Positions 11,901-26,900 of a DNA stretch of 64,000 nucleotides are shown piece by piece. The position numbers and the translations under genes were made by a program. Each line of letters opens with the position of its first letter. The stretch's first letter is position 1. This stretch comes from Phoronis australis (lineage: Eukaryota > Animalia > Phoronida): positions 324,341-388,340 of the forward strand of contig NMRA01000357.1 in assembly GCA_002633005.1 (NCBI GenBank), read 5' to 3'. The notes under the pieces are model-generated. The model saw nothing but the letters and a program-made list of their open reading frames with translations. It had not been told where the DNA came from and did not search any database.

Positions 11901-14900
11901 TTGGTACTGGACACATTCCACAGCCTGCTTTGCATTAAATATAGTACACGTAAATCCTAATAATTTTCGGAGCCACCGGTGATGTACATGTATATACAGT
12001 TCGATTCCAGTGTTTTATTTTGCAACTCGGTTTTGATCCCCAGTTGTTTTACACTTTTCCATTTCTCAGATTGTTATTTTTAATTGATCTAGTCGATCGT
12101 TGTGTTTTTGCTTCTTTGCAGATGAATGCACGGACCTTGCTGGACCCTTCTGCAAGGCCTTACTAAAACGCTGGTCATACAAGCAATTCTGCACCAACCA
12201 ATCAGCCTATCAGCACACTGCGAGTTCAAATTGTCAACGGTCGTGCAATTTTTGTCACGCTGACCGAAGTAAGCATACATGCAATAGTCGTAGAGAAGTA
12301 GGCCTACGTGTAAACAAAGTGGGGGTTTCGTACAGCGCGGTCAACATCCGGTATTTACCGCAGACCGACATTCTTTCGGAACGCCTCCTGTGTTTTCGTG
12401 ACCTCATCTTTGTCCTTGGAGATGAACTATATCTGATCATTTAGGGGCTTCAATGGTACTCCCAATCAGAGATTTTATTTTTCAGGTAAAAGGTTGTAGC
12501 TAAAAGTTTTAAGATGGCCGTCTTAAGGTTACTGTTAACCTTGTTTACCATTTTTTACTATTGTGCAAAAATCCTAAATTCTGCCATCTCTAACACCCAC
12601 AAAGTACATATTTTCTTAAAATAAAATAAATTTGCTAACAGAAAGCTTGGCCTACATTGAGTGTGCACGCGTGTATACGTGCTTTCCTATTTATTTATGT
12701 CCATGTAAGGCTCTTATTCTGCTTTGCAGTTGGAAATTGTAGTCTAACGCTAAAATCTGTCGTACATTTCCAAGAATTGCACCACTAAAAGAGGTTCCCT
12801 GAAAGAGCTCCTATTCAAACAAGAAATTTGCATGAACTTAGAAAGTGTTTTGGGACATCTAGAACAATATGCTGGTGACGTCAGACTGTAAATTCAATCC
12901 TTTCGTTTTTACCAGATAATTTGAACTTTTAAATTGAATTCTAACTTGCTCGTTTGCTACGAAGAAAACATTGTGTTGATTGAAATGTCATTGCACATGT
13001 CGTGGAGTGGCTAAACTTACCTTCGCCGGATTATTCTTACATGTATACATTGTATGTACAGATGTTACCGTGTATTTTAAATGAGAACACGTGATTTTGG
13101 TTAGATTTTTCTAGATGCCAGTCAGCTACCGAACTAGACGTACATGCAGATGTCATCAGCATTGCTATGTTACAGACGTCAGAGTCGATGTCAGCAACAG
13201 AATTGAAGCTTCTGCAGGACGATCAGTCACACTGGAATGCACGTACTATTCAGTTCACTTCCTCGCTGTGTACGATCAGAGAAAATGGATGATGAAAACG
13301 CCAGATGGGGAAACGAGATTAGTATACGAATCACAAAGCGCACTAATACCTGGCAGCCAAGATAGGTTTGCGGAAAGATATCAGGGTCGTGCTGAAATTG
13401 TGATGCCACCCATCAGCAACCCTGATGATCAAAAACGCGGGTTTTATCTGAAGCTAAAACAGCTAACCGAAGACGACGAGGGTCTTTATACCTGCCAACT
13501 GTTCCCTGACAAGCGTGAGGTGGCGGAGAATTCCACGTGGCTGGAAATAGTGGACGGACGTGAGTATGGGAACATCCGTAAGGGATGACGTAAGATTTAT
13601 AAAAACGGAAACTGTTCTGTTGGGTCACGACTACAATTTCACTCACCTCACGAGGTGCGCAAGCCTATGGTCTCCATCATATTAACTAGCGAAGATTACG
13701 ATTCATACAGGTCCATGTGTATCGCTAATTATGACTTTTTCAGCCGGACGTACATGTACCTAGTTAAAACATTGCGTTGCGGGGATCACAAGTTTTTCCA
13801 CCAACAGCAGAAGGTTGACTGGCGGTCTCAGGTCTGTCTGCCTTCCCTGTGAAATTGTAGCTCAACCTTTGTTGGGTCGTGAGTGAAACACCCTCTGCCA
13901 GCTTACATGTACATTAACACTCTTTTCCGCCTGTTGTAAGGTAATTTGTTATTTTACAGCTTGTGATCAAGTGCAAGACCAAACAGGAACATTAGCTGAA
14001 GAAGACTGTCCTGGCCGCGGTATGTTGGTGTACTAATAATTTTCAACTGCTAAGATAAAGTGTACCTGCAGAGTTTATTCCCTTAGGCCCTCGAGGATGG
14101 AATACTGTACAAATCTATTGCCATTGATTCCTAAAAATAAAAATTATTAAATGCTTTTCTAAAAGCAAAAATTTTACTCTGATCTTTTGTTGATGGAAAG
14201 GTGTTCCCACAGCATAAGCCCATTCGTTTACGCACAGAAATCTATGGAATATCTTTCCACTACACTGATGTATCTTCAGAATAAAGAAACTGCGGAGTAA
14301 ATAATGCCAACAAATTGATTGGTTGCTCTATTAATTGTTATATTTCTTGTAACGGAGATGACGAACACTGTAGACTCGCACTGGGGAAAAACTGAATTTT
14401 ATACAGACACGTTACCTTGGACATAGACACGCGCATTGTTACCTACAAAAGCACGCGATGTTGTCCTTGAGAAATGTTTTTACCCGACGTTTTTCAAGGT
14501 GTTCCTTCGGAATTGGAACCCCGGTGTAAACCAGATATCCCAGAGTCGAAAACAGACTTCTGCGACTTCAAAATAGCTAACCAACCTGAAAACCATGACC
14601 CTAACAATTAAAAGAGGAACCCTTGGGAAAGAACAGCACATTCTGAGATCAAAACACCACTCCAACACTTACTGTCAAAATATAATCTCAAGAAAGTATT
14701 ACTTTAGTACCTTCAATCTGCTTTACGTTCATACGGCATGTACATGTATCATTTCAGATTTATATAAAAAATATAAATCACCCTATTTTTTAATATTTGT
14801 TTTGATTTTTTGTTTTAATATATGAGAATTTTAGACAACTTATGACCGATTGGTGTTATATCGTTATTCTGGTGTTACATTTGTGGTGCGATCTTCTGCG

Positions 14901-17900
14901 CGTCGTGGAGTATAGCGTCACCTATTGGAATTTTTCTCTTATTTCCCCTATCATCTGTTCTTCTACCAAGAGGTTAGTACATGCCACAACGAATTATCGG
15001 AACCGGTTTCATCACCTTTCAGAAATTCAGATTCTAAATTCCATTTTAATGGTCGATTTGGAATTAAGGTACACTCTTTAGAGGGATTGAACTGTGGAAT
15101 TGGTGAGGGTGCATACGTTTCGAGCGAACAATTTTCGCGGTGCATTTCAAAATCCGGAAATGATTGTGCAGAAAATATTTTTCCCTCTACAAGTAAATCG
15201 ACGAACCCTAAAAAGCTTACAATTGTGAAGATATTTAAAGGAACGATGACACTAGAAAGTAGTAAAAATATTGTTGTTTTTAATTTTTAATATATATTTT
15301 GAGAAACTATTAAATAATCTGAAATTAAGTAAATTTACTCTCCGAGATGACAACGTGTTCAGAGTATAGATAATGTTGAAATTCACCCACACACAAGTTG
15401 CACGACAAATTTACGTTTTATTATTGACAAATTAACAAGCACATGCAGAAAACAACTGGAAAGTATGTGATGATGCTTTAACTCAATTTTTGAGGCTACT
15501 TACAAAAGTCGCGGAATATTTGGAAAAATTTTCCGAGTTTCCTTCCAATCCCAGGAGTTTTTGTTTTAAAGGTCGGGGTTGTGTTTTTCGGGCTTGTTAG
15601 GTGTTCTGAAGTTGTGGAGGCCTGTTTTCGACTCCGGGATATCTGGTTTACACACTATTGTGTGGGTTACTTATTTTCGTTGCTGAAATGATACAATTTT
15701 GGAGACGGCTAATATGAGCAATTGCTGTTTGGTGCGACAGCGGCAAAATTAGGGGCCGTTGAGTACACATAAAATGGCATTTAAGTTTTGTTAGGATACC
15801 TATCCAGGTACAAAACATGAGGTTTCTTGAATTTTGACAAATAGACTGATTTTTGAACATCTGTTTTTATTTGTATAACCTGTCTCAGCTTGTCTCAGTG
15901 CTTACCAAGAAAGAGCCGAATTTTTATTGTGATATTTTCTTATTTGGAAATCATAAATGAAACAAGTATATTATCGATTTAACCAAGCCAGTAGTGTGCC
16001 AAGTTATAAATTTTCATTGGAAATAAAACGTTGATTATCGTGACAAACCCTCTACTAATTTGATGTCGCTGTAAAATCAGTGGAAGTGCAAAGTTTTCAA
16101 CCTATCCACACGTGTCGAGAAAGTACCGTCGAGGAGTCAGCTAACCTGGAACTGCCAAAAACACGTCGTGGAAATTGGGAATTGGACAATTTACGAGAAC
16201 GAAAAGCAGTTATGAAAAGCAAAAGCGTTCGCTTGGCATTGCTTCCCATTCCCTGTATTTCTTCTTCAGTTTATCAGTCATGTTAGTTCATGCTTTAAGG
16301 AAATCAAACATGTCCGTCTAAAACCTTGTTTAGCTTAAGTATCAGCAAAAGTAGAAGCAGTTCCCAAATTTTACAAAATCCAGTGATTTTAATTCAGTGC
16401 TTAATCAGACTTCACCACGTGCAAATAATACATGCAACTGTGGCAGAAACTGTGGTTTTCAGGATGATACTCATCCATGCAAGCTATTGCAATAGGACAA
16501 ACGTCTATCACCTACATGTAACTCATATGTTTGAATCATAGTTTTACGGCCCAGTCTATCGCATTTTTCACGTCAAATACAATGAATACAATGAACAACC
16601 ATTTTTCCCAACATTTTGCAAAAAGATCGTTCGGGAGTAGGAGATTGGGAAACACGACGAAGCATGGATCAGTTTTGAGCGAAGAATTGGTTTCACTTTA
16701 GAAAATTTCCTAGAGTATTGAAATATATTTTATACCTTTTTGAGGTTTCCTTTTTGGTATCGGCCCAATACAGGTTAAAATTTATGTTATAATCGCTATG
16801 GTTAGTGCCACTAGAGAGGCCCCCACGAAACCTTAATCCGATATTAGTTTTAGCCATCCAAAACGAACCTCCTCAAATACTAAAATATACAACTGACGAC
16901 AATCGTGATTTTTGTTTACTAAAATAAGTTAATTCTTCACAAATCAACTGAATTCTGCTTATGCTTTTGAGAAATAGCGCGTTTAGTTAGATAATTTGAA
17001 ATTGAATGCAGCTTTCACCCGCACAAACACTTATGGTGGCACCCACATTGAACTACATGTACTTCTGCACCTTCTCAGATGCTGAGCTTGTGATTGACTA
17101 CGGAAGTAGAATGCAACGCCACCTCTAGTTAAACAATGATATATTAGTAGAGCAAGGAAACCTTTTTTACAGAAATACATAACATATGGGGACATTTCTA
17201 TTCTAGTTGAAAAAATGTCGTTTCACTGCCACATAATTTTGACTAAATTGCCATGCATTTCTGGCAAGGTCATCAAAACTTAACGGTGTCTAACAGAATT
17301 ATATCAAAGTCTGTCTGGTCTGTTTTACGAACTGCTGTAGTATACGAAGTCTTAGAAAAATTTGTGTGCGTTGATAGAGTTTTGCGCTACTGTCATAATT
17401 GAACCTGGACTAAAAATCAAAAAGTTACCGAAGTTCTTAATTTAACATCTGACGACGCCTATAATTATAGAGGTGAAAGTGTACGTGCCCAGCATAACGC
17501 CCTCTAGAGTCGGCGGTAAAACTATTCTGCGTTGCCACTATGAATTTGGTAAGAACGATGCGATGGATAGGATACAGTGGACGTTTCAATACGACTCAGA
17601 TCCTGCGGAAAAGCATCTAGTCTTCGAGGAACCTGTCTACTTTCAAAACGGAAAGTTTTGGCCAACAGGAGGTCCACTTCAAGGAGTACCGCGAGACGCA
17701 ACGTATATTCGATATTTCCATCACAATTTCAACGCTACCATTGGTTTCATCTTCAGAAGTTATCGGGAGCCGGGAACCTACACGTGTATAGTAACAGGGC
17801 TATCTGGAAGAGTTGGAAGCAACTCGACATATGTCGACATGCAGCCTCAGTGTAAGTACGGTTAAAGCATGTGTCTGGTTGGCAAAGTACCAAAGAAACT

Positions 17901-20900
17901 CCGGGCAGTTCGTGGCACAGATATAGAGATATCTATGTTTGGTGACATAAATACAAATTCCATCCAAGGTTCACAGCCAAATTTATTCTTAGTTCACAAA
18001 AAATTGCATTTAAAATATGGTCTTTGCGAGTGAGATATTTCAAATACAGTGAAATAGTTGTGGCCTTCCTGTGGTTAACACCGCTTCTTGAAAGCTGGCT
18101 ACGAACACGCCGAGTTTGTTTGCGCCTAACCTGTCGACCATAGTGAAACATAATACAGTACAAAGTAGTATGCCTATTTGTTGCCAAACCGGCCCAGTCT
18201 ATTGAGTGAATCGACTGGCTGTAGTGACTTTCCGTTCATGCCATGTGTCAGTCAGATTGTGCAGGGAAATTTTCGTCAGGGTGCAAGCTGAAACTCACAA
18301 GTAAATGGACAAATGCTCGTGCAAGTCTCGAAGCCTCGATCCAGTCGAGTACGAATTCCTGAAGCGCCCAAAACGCCATCGAGTGGATAAGAAACTCTCC
18401 AAGAGTTTACCAAACATAAACTTTGTGCATATACTTCCGATGTTCTGATAGTGTGTCACACATCTCTCTTCGAACGGCAAACGGTAGCTGAGAAAGGACA
18501 TCGCGCGTTTTTTATTCGTCTCGAGATGCCGAAATAATTATCTCATGACCTCCAGATCACGAAGTGGTCAACCGAGGATTTCGAGCTTCCAAACTTGGTT
18601 ATCAGATGATATCGAGATCCTCACGTAATTATATCGGGAATCCTAGATCCCGAGATATTTAACTGAGAATCAATCACGAGATAACATTTAGTGTCAATTG
18701 GGACATTGTAAGCTTGAATGGGATCGACGAAGTTGAGCCGGAAGTACAGTTCAAACAATGGATTCCACCTTGGATAGAAGCGATGCAATTCGAGATCTAT
18801 TTAAATTAAGGTTGACAAAGAAGGAAATTAATGACGTGTTGAGGTGTTGGCTTGGTAAAACAGTTACTGTTCTTCATGTTTGTTGTTGGTTGTGGATAAT
18901 AGGAATCCCGCGACGGAATAATTACTTAGATATTGGTGATGTGTTTCGCGTCATGGATCGATAAGCATTGACGTCCGGACAGGAGCTCCGCCAGAGCATG
19001 TAATGTACATGTACATGTAAAAGAAATGCGCTGCTAATGATTAAGCAATTAAAACTGACATTTTTGGCCAAAACATCCTCATATTGTATCTAGTAAGTCC
19101 TATTCAGTTTTGGCCAGTATAAGACCGTAGGTAGAAAGTGGTGTTACAGTAGATGGGCTATTTTTGGTTAACAAGTATGCACAACGAAAGTAAAATGTTC
19201 GTGTTTATTCTTAGAGCGCCAACTGTTCCGCGATAGTTTCTATAAGGCAGATATTGAACTAGGCCGATTTTAAAACGTTTCAAAGAACTTAATGAAACCT
19301 TTTAAGTAGACGCTATTCAAGACTGCGGCGTTCCCACGCCACATTCTGTTTTTTGATAAACAGATTTAAGCCACAGCAAACTAGCGTGTACATGTAGGTA
19401 TGTCTTATGGGAAAGTCACCCATCGACGTAATAAGATTATGAATTTTCAATTGGTTTTGAGTAAAACAATTTTTTGACAAAAATTGCTCGGCTTTTTTTA
19501 AAAGGTCACGAACTCCGACCCGGGGCCTCTGACTTAGAAAGTAGTTGCAAAGCCCAGGCGAATCGAGAAAAGTAGATCGATTCATTGCAATGTTTCTCGT
19601 TCAGCAGGTGGTATAACTAGATTATTCTCCAAAATCCACTCGGGCTCTTCAACACGGGGGATAACGACTTCAGAGAATATTTTGACAAAATGTGAAAGAA
19701 GTTTTCATCCTAGGAAAATAATTAATACATCATTTATTTGGTCTCATTCAAAACATTGAAAACTCCTCCCTATCCTTTTATCTGACCAAGGAAATTGTTT
19801 TTAAATGGGTGTGACGGACGTACGCAGAGAATTTGAATTTTTAAAATTTGTTCGATGTCAATTTTCTGTGAGTTTCATAAAGTTATAATATTTTATTTTA
19901 TTATATGGTGAATTAGTGGAATGTTTGTAAAGCACAACATACCAATTTTTATATCCTGAAAGATTTGTTTGTTAGACAACTCTATGTAAGATGAGTTAGT
20001 GCGACGGACGTACGTGCTCAGTTAACAAGCGATTCCAGTAAGTTTGAGTCCGTTAGTCGTACGCCCATACTTAATTTAAAAAGGGATCTAAACAGTCATA
20101 TCAAGACGGTGAATAGACAAGCAAGTAAGAAGATCTTTAATGAGATCGATGGTGATTTCTCTGAAGGTTATCTTTATGGCAGACCTACATCGCATAAAGT
20201 GAATAATTCAATGGGACATGTCATTTCTCAATTGTATTAACACCTACATATAAAGCGTCTAAGTGTATTGATCAGATTACGAAGCCGTATATTCAAAGTC
20301 ATTATAGTTGCAAGTCACGTGACGACTTCCTTGAGATTTTGCGTAACACTGTACCTATTACAGGCTGCCAACCAATGTCACTAGATGCAAAGTCGTTATT
20401 CACCAATGAAAGAGTACTTGAAATCATAGATATAATTATTTACCTCCTGAAATTCATAAGGACATACTTAACAATGCTATTAACTTGCACTACGAAGGAA
20501 ATATTATCTTGAAAAGTTCTGTGAGGTTGCCGCTATAAGAATAGCGTCATATAAAAATATCTCTTTGTGGACTTTTTGTCGTTCATTTTCAGTACTTTAT
20601 CCAAATAATCGTAGTTCGTCGCCATCTTTAAATGTTTTAATATCGTCAAGGCATCGGCTAATCATTGCGCAAGAGGCATTTCCCCTAACCAAGCCTAAAA
20701 TGGCTAAACCGATCAACGCCATCTTGAAACTTGAGGACGAGGTTGACTTCAGGTTATCATAATTGTACTTACGAGTTCCACATTTATAGAAAGTATCGAA
20801 ATGTTGTTTGAAGTCACCAGAATATTCCAAATTCAAAAGCGCATTTAAAAATACAAAGTTCCCCTTTAAGGCTGACAAGTTGATCACCGCTTGTGTACCA

Positions 20901-23900
20901 TACTGAGGTTGACTGTACTCTTAATTAAAGTTCTTTTTAACAGGGAGACAGGGTAGTCCTTGCTACAATGAAGAGTTCTGCCTGAACGGAGGATCATGTT
21001 ACGATACAGATGATATCAGTTTCTGCAGGTAGGATATGATTTCCTGCTTCTGCGACAAATATCGACGATAGGAGCTTAGTTCTGAGTACAGTCGTTTCTC
21101 AACTCAGGCTTTGAATAATCAGCATTTTGCAACTAATTGATCTAATTACGTAACAGGCTGATGACGAATGACCATAAATGCATGTAAATGTCCATACGAT
21201 AAATTACAATCAGCCACAAATGTCTGTGTACAGGGTGTCCCAAAGNTTTATATCCTGAAAGATTTGTTTGTTAGACAACTCTATGTAAGATGAGTTAGTG
21301 CGACGGACGTACGTGATGGACGTACATTTGTAAGCTCTGAATTTAAAGTATTAAATTGGTTGTTGTGGCTAAAAATAATATCATCTCAAAAAATCAAAAT
21401 TCAGTACTTAGGCTATATTTGTCATTTGCTACTGATTCAATGTTTTTAATCAAGAAGCACCTGCATGAAATGATCACCCCAGGAAGCTAATGCAAATAAT
21501 AACATCGTTGTCCGTCTTAAACAACCTTTTGTCGCCCTTCTCCTTACAGTCCTGATAACGATGAGCATGACTTTCTAGGTTTAGGATAAAAGTAGGCCTA
21601 CCACATCAAGCCAAAACTCAATTGTTCCAGAGAGAAAGTAGAACTGGGATATTTGTAGAACGACATTGTACAGTTAGAAAAGGATGGATTTGTTCAAGTA
21701 ACTCCTGATATCCGTGACCAGCTAAGAGCGGAAAAACTAAGTGTCGTTGTGATGGTTGTCAACGTACTCTACCACGTCGTCTTACTGATGCTTCCAAACG
21801 TTTGAAAAAGAGCAAAAATATTGTAATTCGTCGAGCTGATAAGTCCAATCAATATGTAATTATGGACAGCAGTGACTATTTTGACAAACTTGCTCAGTTA
21901 ACAAGCGATTCCAGTAAGTTTGAGTCCGTTAGTCGTACGCCATACTTGATTTAAAAAGGGATCTAAACAGTCATATCAAGACGGTGAATAGACAAGCAAG
22001 TAAGAAGATCTTTAATGAGATCGATGGTGATTTCTCTGAAGGTTATCTTTATGGCAGACCTACATCGCATAAAATTGATAATTCAATGAGACATGTCATT
22101 TCTCAATTGTATTAACACCTACATGTAAAGCGTCTAAGTGTATTGATCAGATTACGAAGCCGTATATTCAAAGTCATTATAGTTGCAAGTCACGTGACGA
22201 CTTCCTTGAGATTTTGCGTACCACTGTACCTATTACAGGCTGCCAACCAATGTCACTAGATGCAAACTCGTTATTCACCAATGAAAGAGTACTTGAAACC
22301 ATAGATATAATTATTAACCTCCTGAAATTCATAAGGACATACTTAACAATGCTATTAACTTGCTCTACGAAGGAAATATTATCTTGAAAAGTTCTGTGAG
22401 GTTGCCGCTATAAGAATAGCGTCATATAAAAATATCTCTTTGTGGACTTCAGTTGTCGTTCATTTTCAGTACTTTATCCAAATAATCGTAGTTCGTCGCC
22501 ATCTTTAATTGTTTTAATATCGTCAAGGCATCGGCTAATCATTGCGCAAGAGGCATTTCCCCTAACCAAGCCTAAAATGTCTAAACCGATCAACGCCATC
22601 TTGAAACTTGAGGACGAGGTTGACTTCAGGTTATCATAATTGTACTTACGAGTTCCACATTTATAGAAAGTATCGAAATGTTGTTTGAAGTCACCAGAAT
22701 ATTCCAAATTCAAAAGCGCATTTAAAAATACAAAGTTCCCCTTTAAGGCTGACAAGTTGATCACCGCTTGTGTACCATACTGAGGTTGACTGTACTCTTA
22801 ATTAAAGTTCTTTTTAACAGGGAGACAGGGTAGTCCTTGCTACAATGAAGAGTTCTGCCTGAACGGAGGATCATGTTACGATACAGATGATATCAGTTTC
22901 TGCAGGTAGGATATGATTTCCTGCTTCTGCGACAAATATCGACGATAGGAGCTTAGTTCTGAGTACAGTCGTTTCTCAACTCAGGCTTTGAATAATCAGC
23001 ATTTTGCAACTAATTGATCTAATTACGTAACAGGCTGATGACGAATGACCATAAATGCATGTAAATGTCCATACGATAAATTACAATCAGCCACAAATGT
23101 CTGTGTACAGGGTGTCCCAAAGTGTTTACAAAATACGGTTTTATTGGGAACCTTGATTTCAAATTTTTCACAGCTCAGTAGTTTGAGTATGTTTACCCAA
23201 AACACACACGCAAGTAAAGCTAACGTGATCATATCATCATTTGGAAAGCATGGCGATAACTCGCGGAAATTGAAGATGTCGTTTTCTCTCTTGCTCTAAT
23301 GACACACAGTCTTGATTTCCTTTAGTGACACTTATGTTGCGTAACACATGGATTATTCACCAACAGATGTGCCACAGGGTTCAGCGGAATGCATTGTCAA
23401 CATCAAACGTCATCTTTGAAAGGGAAAGGTAAGGTAACGTAATGCAAATATGGGTTAATCTCAAGGGAAATATAAAGATCATACGGTTTGAGAGTTCGTG
23501 TCGGGCAGCACTGCTATCTAGAGTGGATGTTCCATATACTCCAGGATAGTTGTCTATATTTACCTTCCATTGACGTGACTTGTCTCTCAGTTTCTTCTGA
23601 CATGTTCTCATCTGCTCTGGTGCAGTGGCGGATCTTCATAAGGGGGTCCCAAGCTCCCAACATGTTGATTCGTAAACGGTCTCCCAAAACTCGATTGTAG
23701 AGGCGAGTAGCGTCGAATGGGAGGAGGTCAGGAGGGTTGTTTCCCTTCTCCCACCAAGGAGAAAATTTTGTTTTTGCTTCTCAAAGCAAGCATTTTCCTT
23801 GATTTCTGAAATATTATCAAAGGAAGAAGAAAAAAACCTGCCACGCACTCGAACTCTCGATCTGTCTGCCACAGCGCGCCTGCTCTACCACTGCGCCACC

Positions 23901-26900
23901 ACGCTTTCACTTACTATATGGCGTTAAAAGACATTCCTTTTCATGGTCCACAGCGTTTGCGCGAACTTGCTACTTTCCGTAATGTGTATTGCACTTTTTA
24001 TATTTTGTGCAACCTGTTCGTAGCAAATGTTGTTGTGTTTAAAATAGTTCTAAATTGCCTACGCGATTGCTTTGGATATCGTCTTAATTTTTCCCGGCAG
24101 CTTTTGTTTCTTCATCGTCACTCAGCTTCCATTCTCTTTGAAAAAATGGAGTAATTTTCTTTATTGCACAGTGGAGCAGACGACAGAAACGGAGTGGTAG
24201 TGCGCAGCCTCACTGCCTGTCGCCTGGGATATCGACTGGGAGCGTCATCAGTTAGCCATAGTTCTTTTACGATTGCGCCGGTTGTCTGAATCGAGCCGCC
24301 AACACCCCNCCCCCCCCCCCCCCCCCCAGCTTTCACTTGAAACATGCAAATGTTTCGAACCTCTATTGGTAACAGCACTAAACCGTGTAGATTAGGGACT
24401 GACTTTCGATAATCTGTAGGCAAGTATCATATTATTCCTTCCCCCAGTCCAAAAGTATGACTTTCAAGAAAATAATATTACCTCCCTTCGTGGGGGGGGC
24501 ACTTGTTTTGTAGAACCACCTAATTTAAGTACCCAAAATCAAACTAAGTTATTGGAAAAGTTATTGCAATCTTTATCAAAATGACTCTTGCAATTTGTAG
24601 ATGATGAATAAAAGTAACAATAATGAAGTTCAAATGTCTGGTCTTGATTTCATCCATATAAATTCAAGTGTCGAGTACATGTTGCAATTGCTCAGCAATG
24701 TAAGATGCAAACAGTGATTCAACGTATTTAATTGGCAATAGAAACATTATTTAGCGTCCTGAATTATCTTGTTGACAGTTTCTTTGCTCTCAGACTGCTT
24801 TTTTGGTATTATCAGAGTTGTCATCAGACTCTTAGTGCAGGGAGTAATTTCATCAAGTGACACCTTGTGGCGCTACTGTAGTAAACGTTTTTGTTCATGG
24901 AGATATGCTGCTATAGTGTGGTTTTAAATGGTGTTCTCCATGCAACTGCTATGATGAAGAAATCTTTGTTAAAGAAAACACCTGCAGCAGAAGTGCATCA
25001 GAGCATGTATGATGTATCCGTGATGTGAGCGAGACAGTTTTTGAATATGAACTCACCCTGGCTAGATTGGGTGTGTTTGGTATATTGCTCGTTGCACCGA
25101 TGACGATGCACAGAAAATTGTTTATGTCCTTGGTTAGAATAAATGCTTCCTTGGGCATTGACAGCCACACATGTGATGTAGTGAGGGAAATTGCATTTGA
25201 TGACATTGCAAGGCAGTGGGTGTCTGCCCCGAATGTATTTGGAGCATTTCCATCGGCCTCTTATGAAGAGAACTGTTCACGGTCCACTTTTAATGAAACT
25301 TGAGTCTAGGAGGCACTACCCAATCAGTGGCGAATTCAAGGGGGGGGGGCAAGGGGCCATGCCTCCCCTAAACTTCTCCCAGATACCATTTGGCAGTTCG
25401 GAGTGTGACTAGCACATGCGCGCACACAGGGGGGGCGGGGTGTGCACCGGGGCCGAATGCAATTGTATATATGTAGGTCTTGAACAAACCTCGTTTACCG
25501 TTTTTTAGTAATGAGGTCCACAAACCACAAAATTCGAGACTCCTGCATCCCTAATCTTTAAGATAAGCGTGCGCATGTGGCGAAATTCTGGTTATTTCTG
25601 TGCCAGCCCCCCCCCCCCCCCCCNNNNNNNNNNNNNNNNNNNNNNNNNNNNNNNNNNNNNNNNNNNNNNNNNNNNNNNNNNNNNNNNNNNNNNNNNNNNN
25701 NNNNNNNNNNNNNNNNNNNNNNNNNNNNNNNNNNNNNNNNNNNNNNNNNNNNNNNNNNNNNNNNNNNNNNNNNNNNNNNNNNNNNNNNNNNNNNNNNNNN
25801 NNNNNNNNNNNNNNNNNNNNNNNNNNNNNNNNNNNNNNNNNNNNNNNNNNNNNNNNNNNNNNNNNNNNNNNNNNNNNNNNNNNNNNNNNNNNNNNNNNNN
25901 NNAACACATGCTCGTGTCGACGGTGTTCTTTCAACATCATCTCTTCTTGGGTTTGTACACGCAGGTGTACTGCAGGGTAGCGTAGTAGGCCCTCTGCTCT
26001 TCTGGATTTATTTTAATGACCCCAATAAGCTGTCATGTAGCACTTACCGTTATGCTGATGACTCGGCGCTTTTTACCCCTTTGCAGGAGACAGCCCTAAG
26101 AGGTTTTGGCGATCACACCACGACTTGAATAAACTCAGCTATTGGTCGCAAGAATGGAGAATGAATTTGAAACCGTAAAGAGCGTTGACCTCACCCTCAC
26201 CAAATCTAAAAATTCTCTCTCCTTTGTGGACCCATCCTATGACCTCAAACTTAATTCTTAGAAAACCGTCGCACAGCCATCTTGGTATACTGATAGACGA
26301 AAAACTTTCCTTCACACCTGATGTTTGGGAGCTCTTAAAAGATCATCCCACTTAAGCTTGTCTCTGATCACCTGAACTCTATTCATTTCGAAGTCCTCTT
26401 CAAATCCTCTATTCTTCCACCCATTAGCTATTGCGATGTTATATCAGGTGTCTCAAAAGTGAGCCATTTTGACAAGTAATTTTTCAGCAATTCACCAACC
26501 TACACGTAATTCCTTCAACTTTTTAGCAATGTATCTTTGGAATATCATCAACAAGTTTACAAATAATCCTAGAGAAGTATGAAAATGTGGAAGCACAGTG
26601 AAGATCAATACAGCAAAGAAAAAATACAATATCACTGTGATTGCCATTGTCATCATGCTATGCTGACATCAGTCACTCGAAAATATTGGTTTCTCGAGTT
26701 TCACGTCTATTCTTTCACCCGTTCCAAACGCCGTAACATCATTCAAGAGTCTATTAAATGCAAGCCGTTACATGCTTGCAGCTCACTGTAATGTATTACT
26801 TACCCATATCCATTAAGCTGAGCTCCTGTGTTTTATGGTTTACATAAGCGGATGTGTAGTCCAAACGTAATGGCACGAGCACTATTTTGATTTCAAGTTT

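Larger units (their letters stand above)
19948..23122 (+). repeat. Near-identical tandem duplication (19948-21245 / 21247-23122) joined at a single N
   Basis: The copies differ by scattered SNPs and a ~578-bp segment missing from copy 1. There is an n at 21246. Confidence 0.9.

Noticed and set aside
20597-20887. 96-aa minus-strand ORF (also at 22474-22764) with an RT-like 'RCLDD' string
   Set aside because: The homologous region at 3.3-3.7 kb contains stops and there are no other RT motifs. Its recurrence is explained by duplication of intronic DNA.
23837-23904. tRNA gene (also 42284-42340)
   Set aside because: A and B boxes are present but there is no full cloverleaf, so both were called SINE heads.
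24780-25310. Cys/His-containing short frames and a candidate alternative terminal exon
   Set aside because: No convincing domain. The 29117 exon gives a better terminus with a poly(A) signal.
25551-25985. Long ORFs spanning X runs
   Set aside because: Artefacts of the N gap.
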